Positions 41,001 through 49,070 of a DNA stretch of 64,000 bases are shown here, one piece after another. The DNA comes from Olavius algarvensis Delta 4 endosymbiont (lineage in GTDB: Bacteria > Desulfobacterota > Desulfobacteria > Desulfobacterales > CAJINA01), in contig CAJINA010000104.1 in assembly GCA_905176665.1 (NCBI GenBank), positions 36,699 through 100,698 of the forward strand. Direction: 5' to 3'. A program made the translations under genes and the position numbers. The notes under the pieces are model-generated. The model did not search any database, had not been told where the DNA came from, and saw nothing but the letters and a program-made list of their open reading frames with translations. Numbering within the stretch: position 1 is the stretch's first letter; every line of letters begins with the position of its first letter.

Positions 41001-41074
41001 AACATCAAGATGATTAGGCGGATATTGTTTTTAAGGGCCTCCATTTGTACCCACCTTCCAATCCGTGTACACAC
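38048..41074 (-). CDS. CHAT-domain protein with TPR repeats, secreted/lipoprotein (paralogous architecture to 23233-26274)
   Basis: Signal peptide ending LLAGAC. TPR-like repeats. C-terminal CHAT (ILHIASHGEF...VTLSACNTAMG). Confidence 0.85.
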   Translation of the reverse strand: MCTRIGRWVQMEALKNNIRLIILMFLLPLLAGACVSSSTNLQITIPQGRENLHLEQELFQSRNLGVQMGSSGSGGGVRQSYHFDFNLKETQRIRYAYLSIDTLDVDHPENPLFLNGHPIGFLKRAGYGINQDEWYAGQAGPKKRKKQARTQRYLPASYFRSGKNTIEFGHQKVRSANRGGRINYERYIIKRINLAIIRTHTSGRSQLSATGVKEDRRFPDQFALFKDLNDEELYIALVKLPYLLAEISDPGSLAGDSLSYVYARIGDYYRWTGLYNKSLDYHRKASRLQAEQPLTLLTPKVRSGLALAYNFVGDYHSSVAECEKALKEIERVKENLSRPVPKHIIGKANYLEFLLSAYLAINHYHLQDGSEAEYYAYRVINNFDDTWAHYNTRTTEIGKFVPLAIAYQTMGDAALRNGGYVEALRLYREAEKYLGYEVRPAIYHDQMISIQIGIAKTLYHQGQYKPAREILQNVKSPTNAFLWRSYQLQGMIAESENKLELAVEFYQKAIDAIEFSRARLTSHGLKINFMSDKQEPYARMVKCLVKLERTKAAYNYVEKSKARAFLDLIARSDKIIGQKNEALKEITEEEKRLRENLLNVQYRTEMNTRMFQERGAAIDNSREIAAARGALGEFFSRWFRRNKDFASLRSADTLPIEKVQALLPADAHLVEYYFRDKHLFAWIIGPQSFRFVQKQIDASELLELVSAYRDLISRPDTVRGLEVAAQEAPRQTPTRESLAAISRQLEDVLVTDILSGIPAGKIYIIPHGILHYLPFQALTLEGKYLIESYEIGYSPSASVLGHVFDKKKTVKKAVLALGNPNLGNPQMTLPYAEVEVRDIRQFFNQTTVLTQNQASESAFKQSAGNYDILHIASHGEFNQDTPLLSCLRLAPGNDEDGRLETAEIFELNLNAYLVTLSACNTAMGKMASGDELMGLTRAFMFAGTPSIMSTFWSVNDKSTSVLMKHFYANPKSMNKFAAMRQAQLEMIGNPEYRHPYYWAAFQVIGDYR

Positions 41075-41141
41075 TCGTTTAAACTTGAATATCGGTTCAG
41101 TTTAAACGTCTTCTAATTTAATCTGTTCCGGTAGTGAACCG

Positions 41142-44100
41142 CTAGCTACCATTCCTTCCGGTGCTTTTACCATCGAGAATCTCCCGGACTTTCTGGGACA
41201 GATCGGAGATATTGTACGGTTTCTGGATAAACCCGTTGCAGCCCTTTTTCATGATCTCGTTCGCCTGGCCGTCGAGGGCGTAGCCACTGGCGAGAATAAC
41301 CGGCATATTCGGCTTGATCTTTTTAATGCGATCGAAGGTCTTGCCTCCATCCATACCCGGCATGATCAGATCCAGGATCACCAGATCGATGGCATGGCCA
41401 TTGTGCTTGATCAGATCCAAGGCCTGTTCTCCGCCATCGGCCACCAGGGAATTATAGCCCAACTTGGTCAGCATGGCCTCGCCCACATCACGGATCATTT
41501 CTTCGTCATCGACCAGAAGGACTGTTTCGGTTCCCCTGACCAGTTTACTTTTGACGGAAACCTCCGGGAGGGCGTCTTTATCGCTCAACGGCAAATGAAG
41601 ATTAAAGGTGGTACCGACGCCGACTTCACTATTTACCACGGTAAAACCGTCGTGATTGTTAATGATGCCGTAAACCGAAGCCAGGCCCAAGCCGGTCCCG
41701 CGCCCCTTCTTTTTGGTGGTGAAAAAGGGGTCGAATATCCGCTGCCTGGTGGCCTCGTCCATGCCGACACCGGTGTCCGTCACCGACAGCTTGACATACC
41801 GCCCGGGTGCGATGTCGTAAGGTTGGCAGTAAGACTCGTCCAGGTCGACAATCTGGGTCGCCAGGTACAGCTCGCCGCCATCGACCATGGCCTGCCAGGC
41901 ATTGATGTACAGATTCAACAATACTTGTTTGATTTGACCACGGTCCACAGCCACTACGGGGGATGGGTCTTGGAACCGGGTATGTATCCGGATTTCTTTC
42001 TTTGTCCGCCCGAACATTTTGGCGCTTTTGCCCACCAGGTCATTGATCTCGGTAGGCTTGACTTCATATTTGCCACCCTTGGCCAGCCCCAGGAGTTGGC
42101 GGGTCAAATCAGTGGCATTGCGAATATAGGTCTCGATCGCCTTGATATTTTCCAAATCCATTTGGGAAGATTCGAGATCTACCGCCAGAAGTGAAGACCG
42201 CCCCTGGATGCCCATGAGAAGATTATTAAAATCGTGGGCAATCCCGCCGGCCAGCGTGCCGATTGCCTCGAACTTCTGGGTTTGCTGAATCTGTTGTTCC
42301 ATTCTTTTAAGATCGGTTATATCGGTCGCAATTTGCAGCCTGACCAGCCGTCCGTCCGTCCATTGAATGGCGCGGTCGTGGTTGATGTACCATTTTCCGG
42401 TAAGGGGATTTTTACCCTGCCAGATGCATACATCCTTTGGTTGACCCTGGGCATCCACCAGTTGGTCATTGGTGCAGTGCGGGCACGGACCGGTCGAGCC
42501 CCGGAATGCTCCCCAGCACAATTGGCCGGTCATATCCCCACCGAAACTCTCCACCATATTTCTATTCATGAATAGGATTTCGGAGGTATCCATATCGGCC
42601 ACATATATGGTCGCATCGATACTGTCCAGTACCGTAAGGAACCTTTCATGGGATATGCGCAGGGCCTCGCGGTTTTTCTTGCGCTCGGTGATATCCAGTG
42701 CGGTGAAGGTAACCCCCTTCGAAAGATCGCTCAGATCCATGGGGGTTGAACTGAGCAGCACATCGAGTATGCGGCCGTCTTTGGTCTGCCAGCGGGTCTC
42801 GACCGTCCCGGTGCCGTGCTCGCTTATCTGGCGGTATTTTTCGCGGCCGACATATTCATAATCTTCATCACTGGGATATAATATCCTGGCATTCTGATCG
42901 ACCAGCTCCTCCTCGGTGTAGCCCGTCATTTCACAGATGCGTGCATTGACCTGTTTGAACATGCGATCGGCGACCACGCCGATATCGGTCGGTGCAATCC
43001 GAAACACACTCGACAACTGCTCTTCACTCTCCTGCAGGGCCAGTTCGGCCTGTTGGCGTTCGCTGATATCCCGAACCACACTGAGTACGGCCGGTGCCCC
43101 GGCATATTCGATATAGGTAGCGGTCGACTCAGCTACCAAAGTCTGACCATCAACTGTCAAATATTGAAATTCCGCTGGATGTAAGGTGATATGTTCTTGG
43201 TATACTTTTTGGATCCGCGCCTTTACGTGTTCATAGAACTGGGGGGACACAAAATTCATCAGATCCTGGCCGTTGAGCTCCTGTGCGTTGGCCGCACCAA
43301 ACATTTCTACACCACTGGGATTGATGTACTTGATGATATTGTCCTGGTGCACAAAAACAGCCTCCGGAAAAAGCTCTACAAGGCTTTTGTACCTGCTTTC
43401 CGATTCCTTTAGCTGATCGATGAGGCTCTGGACCTCCTGGGTCTTCATACTAAGACTGGCGACCATCGAATTGAAGAACGCTGTCAACTGGCCGATTTCA
43501 TTGTCGCGGATCGGGTCGACCGGCAGCAGCTTTCCCGCGGCAACATCCTGAGTCGCCCGGATCAGGCGGTTGAGTGGTTTCGTGAGGGCGTACCGGAACG
43601 TAAGCAACAGCACGAAAAATACGGCAGCCAGCAGCACGATGGTGCTGATGACAACGCTGCGACGGGCCGTCGCCATGGGGGTCTGGAGTTCCTGCATGTA
43701 CACGAAACTGATGATGTGCCAGTCCCAGAAAGGAAAATATTGGACCAGCGCCTGAATCGTTTCCGCGCCCAGCCGAATGTTTTCAAGTTTCCCTTCCTGC
43801 CCTTCCAGGGGCGGCAATTGCCAGACATCATTAGGATAGTCGACCGATATGGTCTTGATGATCTGTTTGTCTTCCAGGACCATGATATGCACGCCCGTCA
43901 CCTGGGTTCCGATTTTTTTTATTGCCGTCAGAGCCTCTTTTTGCAAGGCAGCGTTCATATCCAGGTTGTCTTCCAGGCGCATATCCAGAAGCTGGTTGAA
44001 ATGGCTCTCGCAAACCCCAACCCCCAGACTGGCAGTGAGCCGCAGGTTGTCTTCAAAGTGTTGGTTTACATGGTCTTCTATGTGTGGGGAGATGTAAACA

Positions 44101-44207
44101 ATCAGCAGCCAGGCAATCAGGACGCCGACGAGAAATACCGGTAAAATCAGCCAGAAAATAATTCGCCGGTAAAAAGGCGGGGTGTGAGATTCGCTTGAAG
44201 GTGCCAT
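41142..44207 (-). CDS. Hybrid sensor histidine kinase/response regulator (TM, HAMP, 3 PAS including a Cys-rich PAS, HisKA, HATPase_c, REC)
   Basis: Two TM helices plus HAMP. HDFNNLLMGIQG H-box. ATP lid. C-terminal receiver. Paralog of 16281-18461. Confidence 0.9.
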   Translation of the reverse strand: MAPSSESHTPPFYRRIIFWLILPVFLVGVLIAWLLIVYISPHIEDHVNQHFEDNLRLTASLGVGVCESHFNQLLDMRLEDNLDMNAALQKEALTAIKKIGTQVTGVHIMVLEDKQIIKTISVDYPNDVWQLPPLEGQEGKLENIRLGAETIQALVQYFPFWDWHIISFVYMQELQTPMATARRSVVISTIVLLAAVFFVLLLTFRYALTKPLNRLIRATQDVAAGKLLPVDPIRDNEIGQLTAFFNSMVASLSMKTQEVQSLIDQLKESESRYKSLVELFPEAVFVHQDNIIKYINPSGVEMFGAANAQELNGQDLMNFVSPQFYEHVKARIQKVYQEHITLHPAEFQYLTVDGQTLVAESTATYIEYAGAPAVLSVVRDISERQQAELALQESEEQLSSVFRIAPTDIGVVADRMFKQVNARICEMTGYTEEELVDQNARILYPSDEDYEYVGREKYRQISEHGTGTVETRWQTKDGRILDVLLSSTPMDLSDLSKGVTFTALDITERKKNREALRISHERFLTVLDSIDATIYVADMDTSEILFMNRNMVESFGGDMTGQLCWGAFRGSTGPCPHCTNDQLVDAQGQPKDVCIWQGKNPLTGKWYINHDRAIQWTDGRLVRLQIATDITDLKRMEQQIQQTQKFEAIGTLAGGIAHDFNNLLMGIQGRSSLLAVDLESSQMDLENIKAIETYIRNATDLTRQLLGLAKGGKYEVKPTEINDLVGKSAKMFGRTKKEIRIHTRFQDPSPVVAVDRGQIKQVLLNLYINAWQAMVDGGELYLATQIVDLDESYCQPYDIAPGRYVKLSVTDTGVGMDEATRQRIFDPFFTTKKKGRGTGLGLASVYGIINNHDGFTVVNSEVGVGTTFNLHLPLSDKDALPEVSVKSKLVRGTETVLLVDDEEMIRDVGEAMLTKLGYNSLVADGGEQALDLIKHNGHAIDLVILDLIMPGMDGGKTFDRIKKIKPNMPVILASGYALDGQANEIMKKGCNGFIQKPYNISDLSQKVREILDGKSTGRNGS

Positions 44208-44212
44208 GATTT

Positions 44213-45382
44213 TTAAAAAAGCGCCGGAGCGGTTTGCATTTTATAAGGCCAGACAATCTCTTTTTTGTCTTGCTGCCATTGAATAATGATCGGATTATGC
44301 CCAATCTGCCGGCCGGCCGGATCTACTTTGAAACGGCCAATTACGGTCACCGTATCCAGGGCGGCGATGTAGTTGCGAAGCTTGCGATTGTCCAGAGATC
44401 CGGTGTATCGAACGGCGTCTGCCATCAATTGACAGGCGGCATATGCCGACCCGGCGTGGTAAGATGGAATCTTCCCGGAAAAACGGTTGAACGCATTTAC
44501 AAATTCCCTGGTACCTGGAAAGGGGATCCGTTCATTGGGTTCCCACTGGGATGGGCCGAACACACGGTCGGCCATGGGGCCGGCGTTTTTGGCAAAGTCC
44601 GGATGAACCGGTGCAATGGTCATCCCGAGAACCCGGGGATGGTAGTCAAGCTGCCGCATCAGATCCAGTATCCGGTAACAGTCCGGCGGATAAGCGGAAA
44701 CGATAATCTGGCCCGCCTCCGCCGCTTTTAATTCAGAAACAATCGCCGCCAGTTCCTTTTCGCCATCCTGGTAGGGCTTTTCGTGTGCAACGGAAATCAT
44801 GAATCTCCGGGCCCACTTTTTGGACCCTGCAGCCACGTCCACATTAAAGGGCGAACCTTTGTTGTAGACAAGCGACACGCTGTCGATTCCCTGGCGCGCC
44901 ATCATGTCCAGCAGCCCGATAAAATATCGATTCGCCAGCGCATAGACACCAAAAATGTATTGGAAGTCTCTTTCCCAGATAACTTCACCTGAGGCAGCAC
45001 AGGCCAGCATCAGCAATTCGTGTTGTTCGCTGACTTCCGAGGCAGTGAGGGTCAGCGGGGTACCATAAGGGGACAGGACAAGGTCTACCTGGTCTTCATC
45101 GATCAATTGACGGTAAAGACTTTTTGCCCGCGCCTTTTGACTTTTATCGTCATAGAGGACCAGTTTCACCTGGCGCCCGAGCAGGCCGCCCTGCTGGTTC
45201 ACCTCATGGGCCCATAGTTGATAAGCCTTCTGAATCATCAAAGAAGGCTCTTTGTAGGGCCCCTCCTTCGATATCGTCGCCCCAATCTTAATGGGCGCAT
45301 CTGCAGCAATGCCTGCGGTATGGGAGCCGGACAATAGGCAGAAAGTCACAAACAGGGTTGTCAATGTAAAACATGTTTTCAT
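44213..45382 (-). CDS. Periplasmic substrate-binding protein (LivK/Peripla_BP_6 family), probably a sensor-associated ligand-binding protein
   Basis: Signal peptide. IKIGATISKEGPY...LVLYDDKSQ type I PBP signature. Immediately upstream of the hybrid kinase (5-nt gap). Confidence 0.85.
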   Translation of the reverse strand: MKTCFTLTTLFVTFCLLSGSHTAGIAADAPIKIGATISKEGPYKEPSLMIQKAYQLWAHEVNQQGGLLGRQVKLVLYDDKSQKARAKSLYRQLIDEDQVDLVLSPYGTPLTLTASEVSEQHELLMLACAASGEVIWERDFQYIFGVYALANRYFIGLLDMMARQGIDSVSLVYNKGSPFNVDVAAGSKKWARRFMISVAHEKPYQDGEKELAAIVSELKAAEAGQIIVSAYPPDCYRILDLMRQLDYHPRVLGMTIAPVHPDFAKNAGPMADRVFGPSQWEPNERIPFPGTREFVNAFNRFSGKIPSYHAGSAYAACQLMADAVRYTGSLDNRKLRNYIAALDTVTVIGRFKVDPAGRQIGHNPIIIQWQQDKKEIVWPYKMQTAPALF

Positions 45383-45875
45383 CTAAGGCCCTCCCCAAGG
45401 TCGCGTTTGCAGGCCTTTGCACTTGGGTGGCTAACGAATCCGGATAGTTCAATGCAATGGAAGGTAGGTCGATTTCAGTACCGGATAGGTGGCATTATAC
45501 ATGAATCAATAAAATTTACAGCATAATTGAGACCGCTGTGGTCATCCTGATAAAAATGATTGCTAAACAGTGTCTGGTCTTCATTGAACCGACCGGTTGC
45601 AGCTCTAAAAAATCAGCAGCCCGATCACATCAGGATAAATGAGAAACATGAACTTATCAAAGCGATAGCTATTACTACGGGGAATGTATGCATCAAACGC
45701 TGGGCTTTAGAGGGACGGGTAAATCGATTGGGCTGAAAGGCAGTCGCCTGGCCATCAACCGGGGGGCAGCATGTCTGCTACCTGGCAGGCCAAATCCCCA
45801 GTTTATGAACTCAGGGGGCAAGTTTCCTAAAGGACCCGGCATTAAGATGTTCACCACCATCACCTTTTCGGGCGC

Positions 45876-46304
45876 CTATTTGGCCGTTGTCGGATAGTCT
45901 GCCTCGATCCATTCATCCCAGCCGCCCTTGAGGGCATAAACGTTGTTGTAACCCTGCTCGACTAAATTGAACGCCACACTGGCGCTCGTCTGTTCCCTGG
46001 CTCAGTCGCAACACAACACAATCATCTGGTGCTTGGGGTACTTGTGGATCCAGGAGCCGACTTCCATCGGCTCTTCGCGCACGGCGCCGGCAATCAGGCG
46101 ATCACTCTTTTTCCAGTTTGGGCCATACCGGACATCAATAATGCTGACGGCCGGCTCGCCTAGCTTTTGTTTGAGCTCTTCCTTGGTTATCCTGGGTATG
46201 TGCTCCACCTGTTTGATGGATTTGATACGGTGGTGACAGCCGAAAACGAATACGAGGACGAGCAGGAAGCTTATGCGCAAGACTGCTTTTCGATAATTTC
46301 GCAT
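45876..46304 (-). CDS. Periplasmic single-domain rhodanese, predicted selenoprotein (UGA at 46002-46004 read as Sec; C-x-U active-site loop)
   Basis: ORF 46002-46400 ends IVLCCD at TGA. The frame continues AREQTSASVAFNLVEQGYNNVYALKGGWDEWIEADYPTTAK* to TAG at 45876, completing a rhodanese fold. Signal peptide from ATG 46304. SECIS-like hairpin 13 nt after the UGA. Confidence 0.7.
45969..45987 (-). other. SECIS-like stem-loop (rhodanese 1)
   Basis: Minus-strand gagcgcc-agtgt-ggcgttc, 7-bp stem with one G-U pair, 13-14 nt 3' of the UGA. Confidence 0.5.
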
Positions 46305-46326
46305 AACAATTCCTCGGCAATAAGTT

Positions 46327-46737
46327 TCATTTCTTTTCAGTGGGGTACCCGGCCAGCACCCAGGCATCCCAGCCCCCCTTGAGCGCAAAGACTTGCTCAA
46401 ATCCCAGTTCCTTCAACCGGAGCACCACACTGGCGCTCGTGTATTCGCTGGGTCAGGCGCAGTAGATGACATAGGTGTTCTGTTTGGGCGATTTCGTAGC
46501 CCACGCGCTGACGTTGTGGGGGTCCTTGCGAACAGCGCCGGCAATCTTGCGGTCGCTGCCACGCCAATCCGAAACCCTGCGTACGTCAATCACTGTAAGA
46601 TCCTGTTGATTGAGCATCGCGTTCAACTCGGCGGGTTCTATTCTAAGGGAATCATCGGATGCATAAGCGCCTGCGGACAGAGACAGAATCAAGGCACTGA
46701 GAAACAGTATTTTTAAAAGTGTGCGAGAATATTTCAT
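46327..46737 (-). CDS. Periplasmic single-domain rhodanese, predicted selenoprotein (UGA at 46453-46455 read as Sec), tandem paralog
   Basis: ORF 46453-46737 ends VIYCA at TGA. The frame continues PSEYTSASVVLRLKELGFEQVFALKGGWDAWVLAGYPTEKK* to TGA at 46327. Signal peptide. Same hairpin GAGCGCC-AGUGU-GGUGCUC downstream. Confidence 0.7.
46420..46438 (-). other. SECIS-like stem-loop (rhodanese 2)
   Basis: Minus-strand gagcgcc-agtgt-ggtgctc, 7-bp stem, 13-14 nt 3' of the UGA. The nucleotide block around the UGA is nearly identical between the two paralogs. Confidence 0.5.
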
Positions 46738-47281
46738 TTCAACTCACTTTCCCCGGAAAGGATTCCGCTGCACCCTCAGCCAGCCTGATAAATAGGGCTG
46801 TTCAGCCAACACCCGGAAGAAGTCTGGCGTTGTTTGCCTGGCGCCGGGAAAACCTTTGATCACAGATAGATAGGGCGCAGCATCCTGTAAATAGAGTTAT
46901 ACTCCTTTGCAGCATGTCAAGGCGGCGGCGCGACAAATCAGCCTGCCCGGAGGTGGGCAAGGGCCCACCAGATGTGCCTATCTCGATCTAAATATCCGAC
47001 TGTACTGAATTAATCTGTACCCTCGCCACAGCAGTGAGTCGAAAACGGCCGCTTGACAGCGTGTTCGGGAGAGACGGATTCGCACAATGACATTGATAAA
47101 TTCTATTTAAAAAATTTTTTATATAGATTTTATCTATGATTGGGTGCTATAGTACGTATTCAAAAACCCCACCGGCAAACGGGTCTGAAAACTGCCGGGG
47201 CATTTTTGCTACGTTCAGGTGGCGACGCAAGTTATGTACACAAACGCTTGCCACCGGCGACTTTAGTGGGCATCACGAAAA

Positions 47282-48058
47282 ATGGAAACTTATCTGTTAA
47301 TTGGCTGCATAGGCATTTTTACAGGTTTTACATCGGGACTGCTTGGCATTGGTGGGGGCATCGTCATGGCGCCCCTGCTTCTGTTTTTACCGCCACTATT
47401 CGGCCTGGAACCCTATACCATGCGGATTGTAGCCGGGCTTACCATTGTGATGGGACTATTAGGCTGCCTCTCCGGGGGATTAACCCACCGCAAGTTCGAC
47501 TACGTGTCAACCCGACTTTCCGTTTATATGGGGATCAGTATTTTCATTGCCGCGTTTGTGGGCGGGGCCGCGACGCAATTTATCGCCAACGAGATTCTCC
47601 TGTTCATTTTCGCCAGCATGGCCTTTGCAGCTGCGATTTTGATGTTTGCACCGCTCAACCATGATGTGGAAAACCCGGATACCGCCGCCCTTGTGTTTCG
47701 CAAATCCCGGGCCGTGACGGCAGCCACCGGGGTGGGTCTTTTCGGCGGCCTGGTTGGCCAGGGGGGGTCATTTATTTTGATTCCCCTGATGACGAACTAC
47801 GTCAATATTCCTACCCGCATCGCGATCGGCAGTAATCTGGCTGTCGTCTTTTTATCATCGTTGGCGGCTTTTATCGGCAAGGCCGTTACCGGACAAATCG
47901 AGTGGCTTTTATCCACCCCGATTTTACTGACAGTGCTCCCGGCCGCATCCCTCGGTGGCCATGTCAGCCGCAGGGTCCCGATAAAATGGCTTAGAAGAAT
48001 TCTGGCCGTCCTAATCGCACTGGCCGCTATCCGTATGTGGTATTCCCTCGTGATTTGA
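47282..48058 (+). CDS. TauE/SafE (TSUP, DUF81) family sulfite/anion exporter-type permease
   Basis: 258 aa, 7-8 TM, duplicated GIGGGIVMAPLL / GGSFILIPLM motifs typical of TSUP. Confidence 0.8.
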   Translation: METYLLIGCIGIFTGFTSGLLGIGGGIVMAPLLLFLPPLFGLEPYTMRIVAGLTIVMGLLGCLSGGLTHRKFDYVSTRLSVYMGISIFIAAFVGGAATQFIANEILLFIFASMAFAAAILMFAPLNHDVENPDTAALVFRKSRAVTAATGVGLFGGLVGQGGSFILIPLMTNYVNIPTRIAIGSNLAVVFLSSLAAFIGKAVTGQIEWLLSTPILLTVLPAASLGGHVSRRVPIKWLRRILAVLIALAAIRMWYSLVI

Positions 48059-48245
48059 GATCAGTGAACAAAATTGCATCCTCAAAATCCAGTTTTCGCT
48101 CTACGCGCAGGCTCGAAAGGCAAAGCGGTCTTGTATATCAAATGTGGAGGGACACTGATAGTATTTTGAAGATTTGCTGCCTGCGCCCGACGCCGAGTTT
48201 TAGCCAAGAGAGTTGATTGCGATTGATACCAAGGAGGAAGAAGGA

Positions 48246-48563
48246 ATGAAGATAGCAATGGTCCTGTGCCAGGAAAACGTCGAGGTCATTTGGAACGCCT
48301 TCCGGTTGGCCAATATGATGTTGGAAGGCATGGAAGACGTCAGCATTTTTTTAAATGGTCCGGCTGTTGAATATGAAAAGATGGATTCCGTGACTTTCCC
48401 CCTGCTTGAGTTGGCCAAGGCATTCACCCTTTCCGAAGGAGCGCTTTTTGCCTGAGGGAAGCTAATGGACCTTCACGGTGTGAAGGAAGGTCACCACAAG
48501 AGAGGGACCCAGAAAGTTCTCTACGACTTGATCAAAGAGAGCGATAAGATTTTGGCTTTCTAG
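48246..48563 (+). CDS. DsrE/DsrF-like small sulfur-relay-fold protein, predicted selenoprotein (UGA at 48453-48455 read as Sec)
   Basis: ORF 48213-48455 (MKIAMVLCQENVEVIWNAFRLANMMLEGMEDVSIFLNGPAVEY...GALFA) stops at TGA. The frame continues GKLMDLHGVKEGHHKRGTQKVLYDLIKESDKILAF* to TAG at 48561-48563. Strong SD aaggagga before ATG 48246. Hairpin 15 nt after the UGA. Confidence 0.6.
48470..48486 (+). other. SECIS-like stem-loop (DsrE-like gene)
   Basis: ccttca-cggtg-tgaagg, 6-bp stem, GGUG loop, 15 nt 3' of the UGA. Confidence 0.45.
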
Positions 48564-48660
48564 CCTGTACTAGACATGGATGATTTGAAGTGCAGGCAGG
48601 CCACCGGCAATCAACTTTCAGTGAACCACTCAAAGGCCTTTGTCGCCTTCACCGGCCGAA

Positions 48661-48960
48661 CTAACTTTTCACCACCAGAACCACCAGGTCATCCAATGCC
48701 TGTATCCCGCGGGCTTCATTCGCATTAATGTGGACGTATTCGTGCGGCCCCAGTTCAATTTCCTCTTCTCCATGCGTAAAGATTCCTTTTCCCTGAATGA
48801 CCATGAAAAAGACGGCATGCCCGCCCCGGTGGGGCGGAATGGTCACCCCTTTTCCCAAAGCAATGCGCACCAGAGCAAAATGCTCCTGTTTTAAAATTGG
48901 TGTCTTAATGGGACCATCTATGGAGAAGGTCAACTTTTCAAGTAAGTTATTTGTTTGCAT
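48661..48960 (-). CDS. Cupin-fold small protein
   Basis: 99 aa, PPHRGGHAVFFMVIQGKG...HEYVHINANE two-motif cupin pattern. Confidence 0.7.
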   Translation of the reverse strand: MQTNNLLEKLTFSIDGPIKTPILKQEHFALVRIALGKGVTIPPHRGGHAVFFMVIQGKGIFTHGEEEIELGPHEYVHINANEARGIQALDDLVVLVVKS

Positions 48961-49070
48961 GCTGCCTCGATGGTAGAATCAAGAGAGTTACGGTAAAGAT
49001 TTGTCTGAATTTTCAAGTAAACATCTAAAGATAGGCAACCGATATGTGGCCGGTGAAGCAATGCGACACT

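Noticed and set aside
45688-45897. 69-aa plus-strand ORF upstream of the rhodanese genes
   Set aside because: Gly/Pro-rich low-complexity translation that overlaps the read-through 3' end of rhodanese 1 on the opposite strand.
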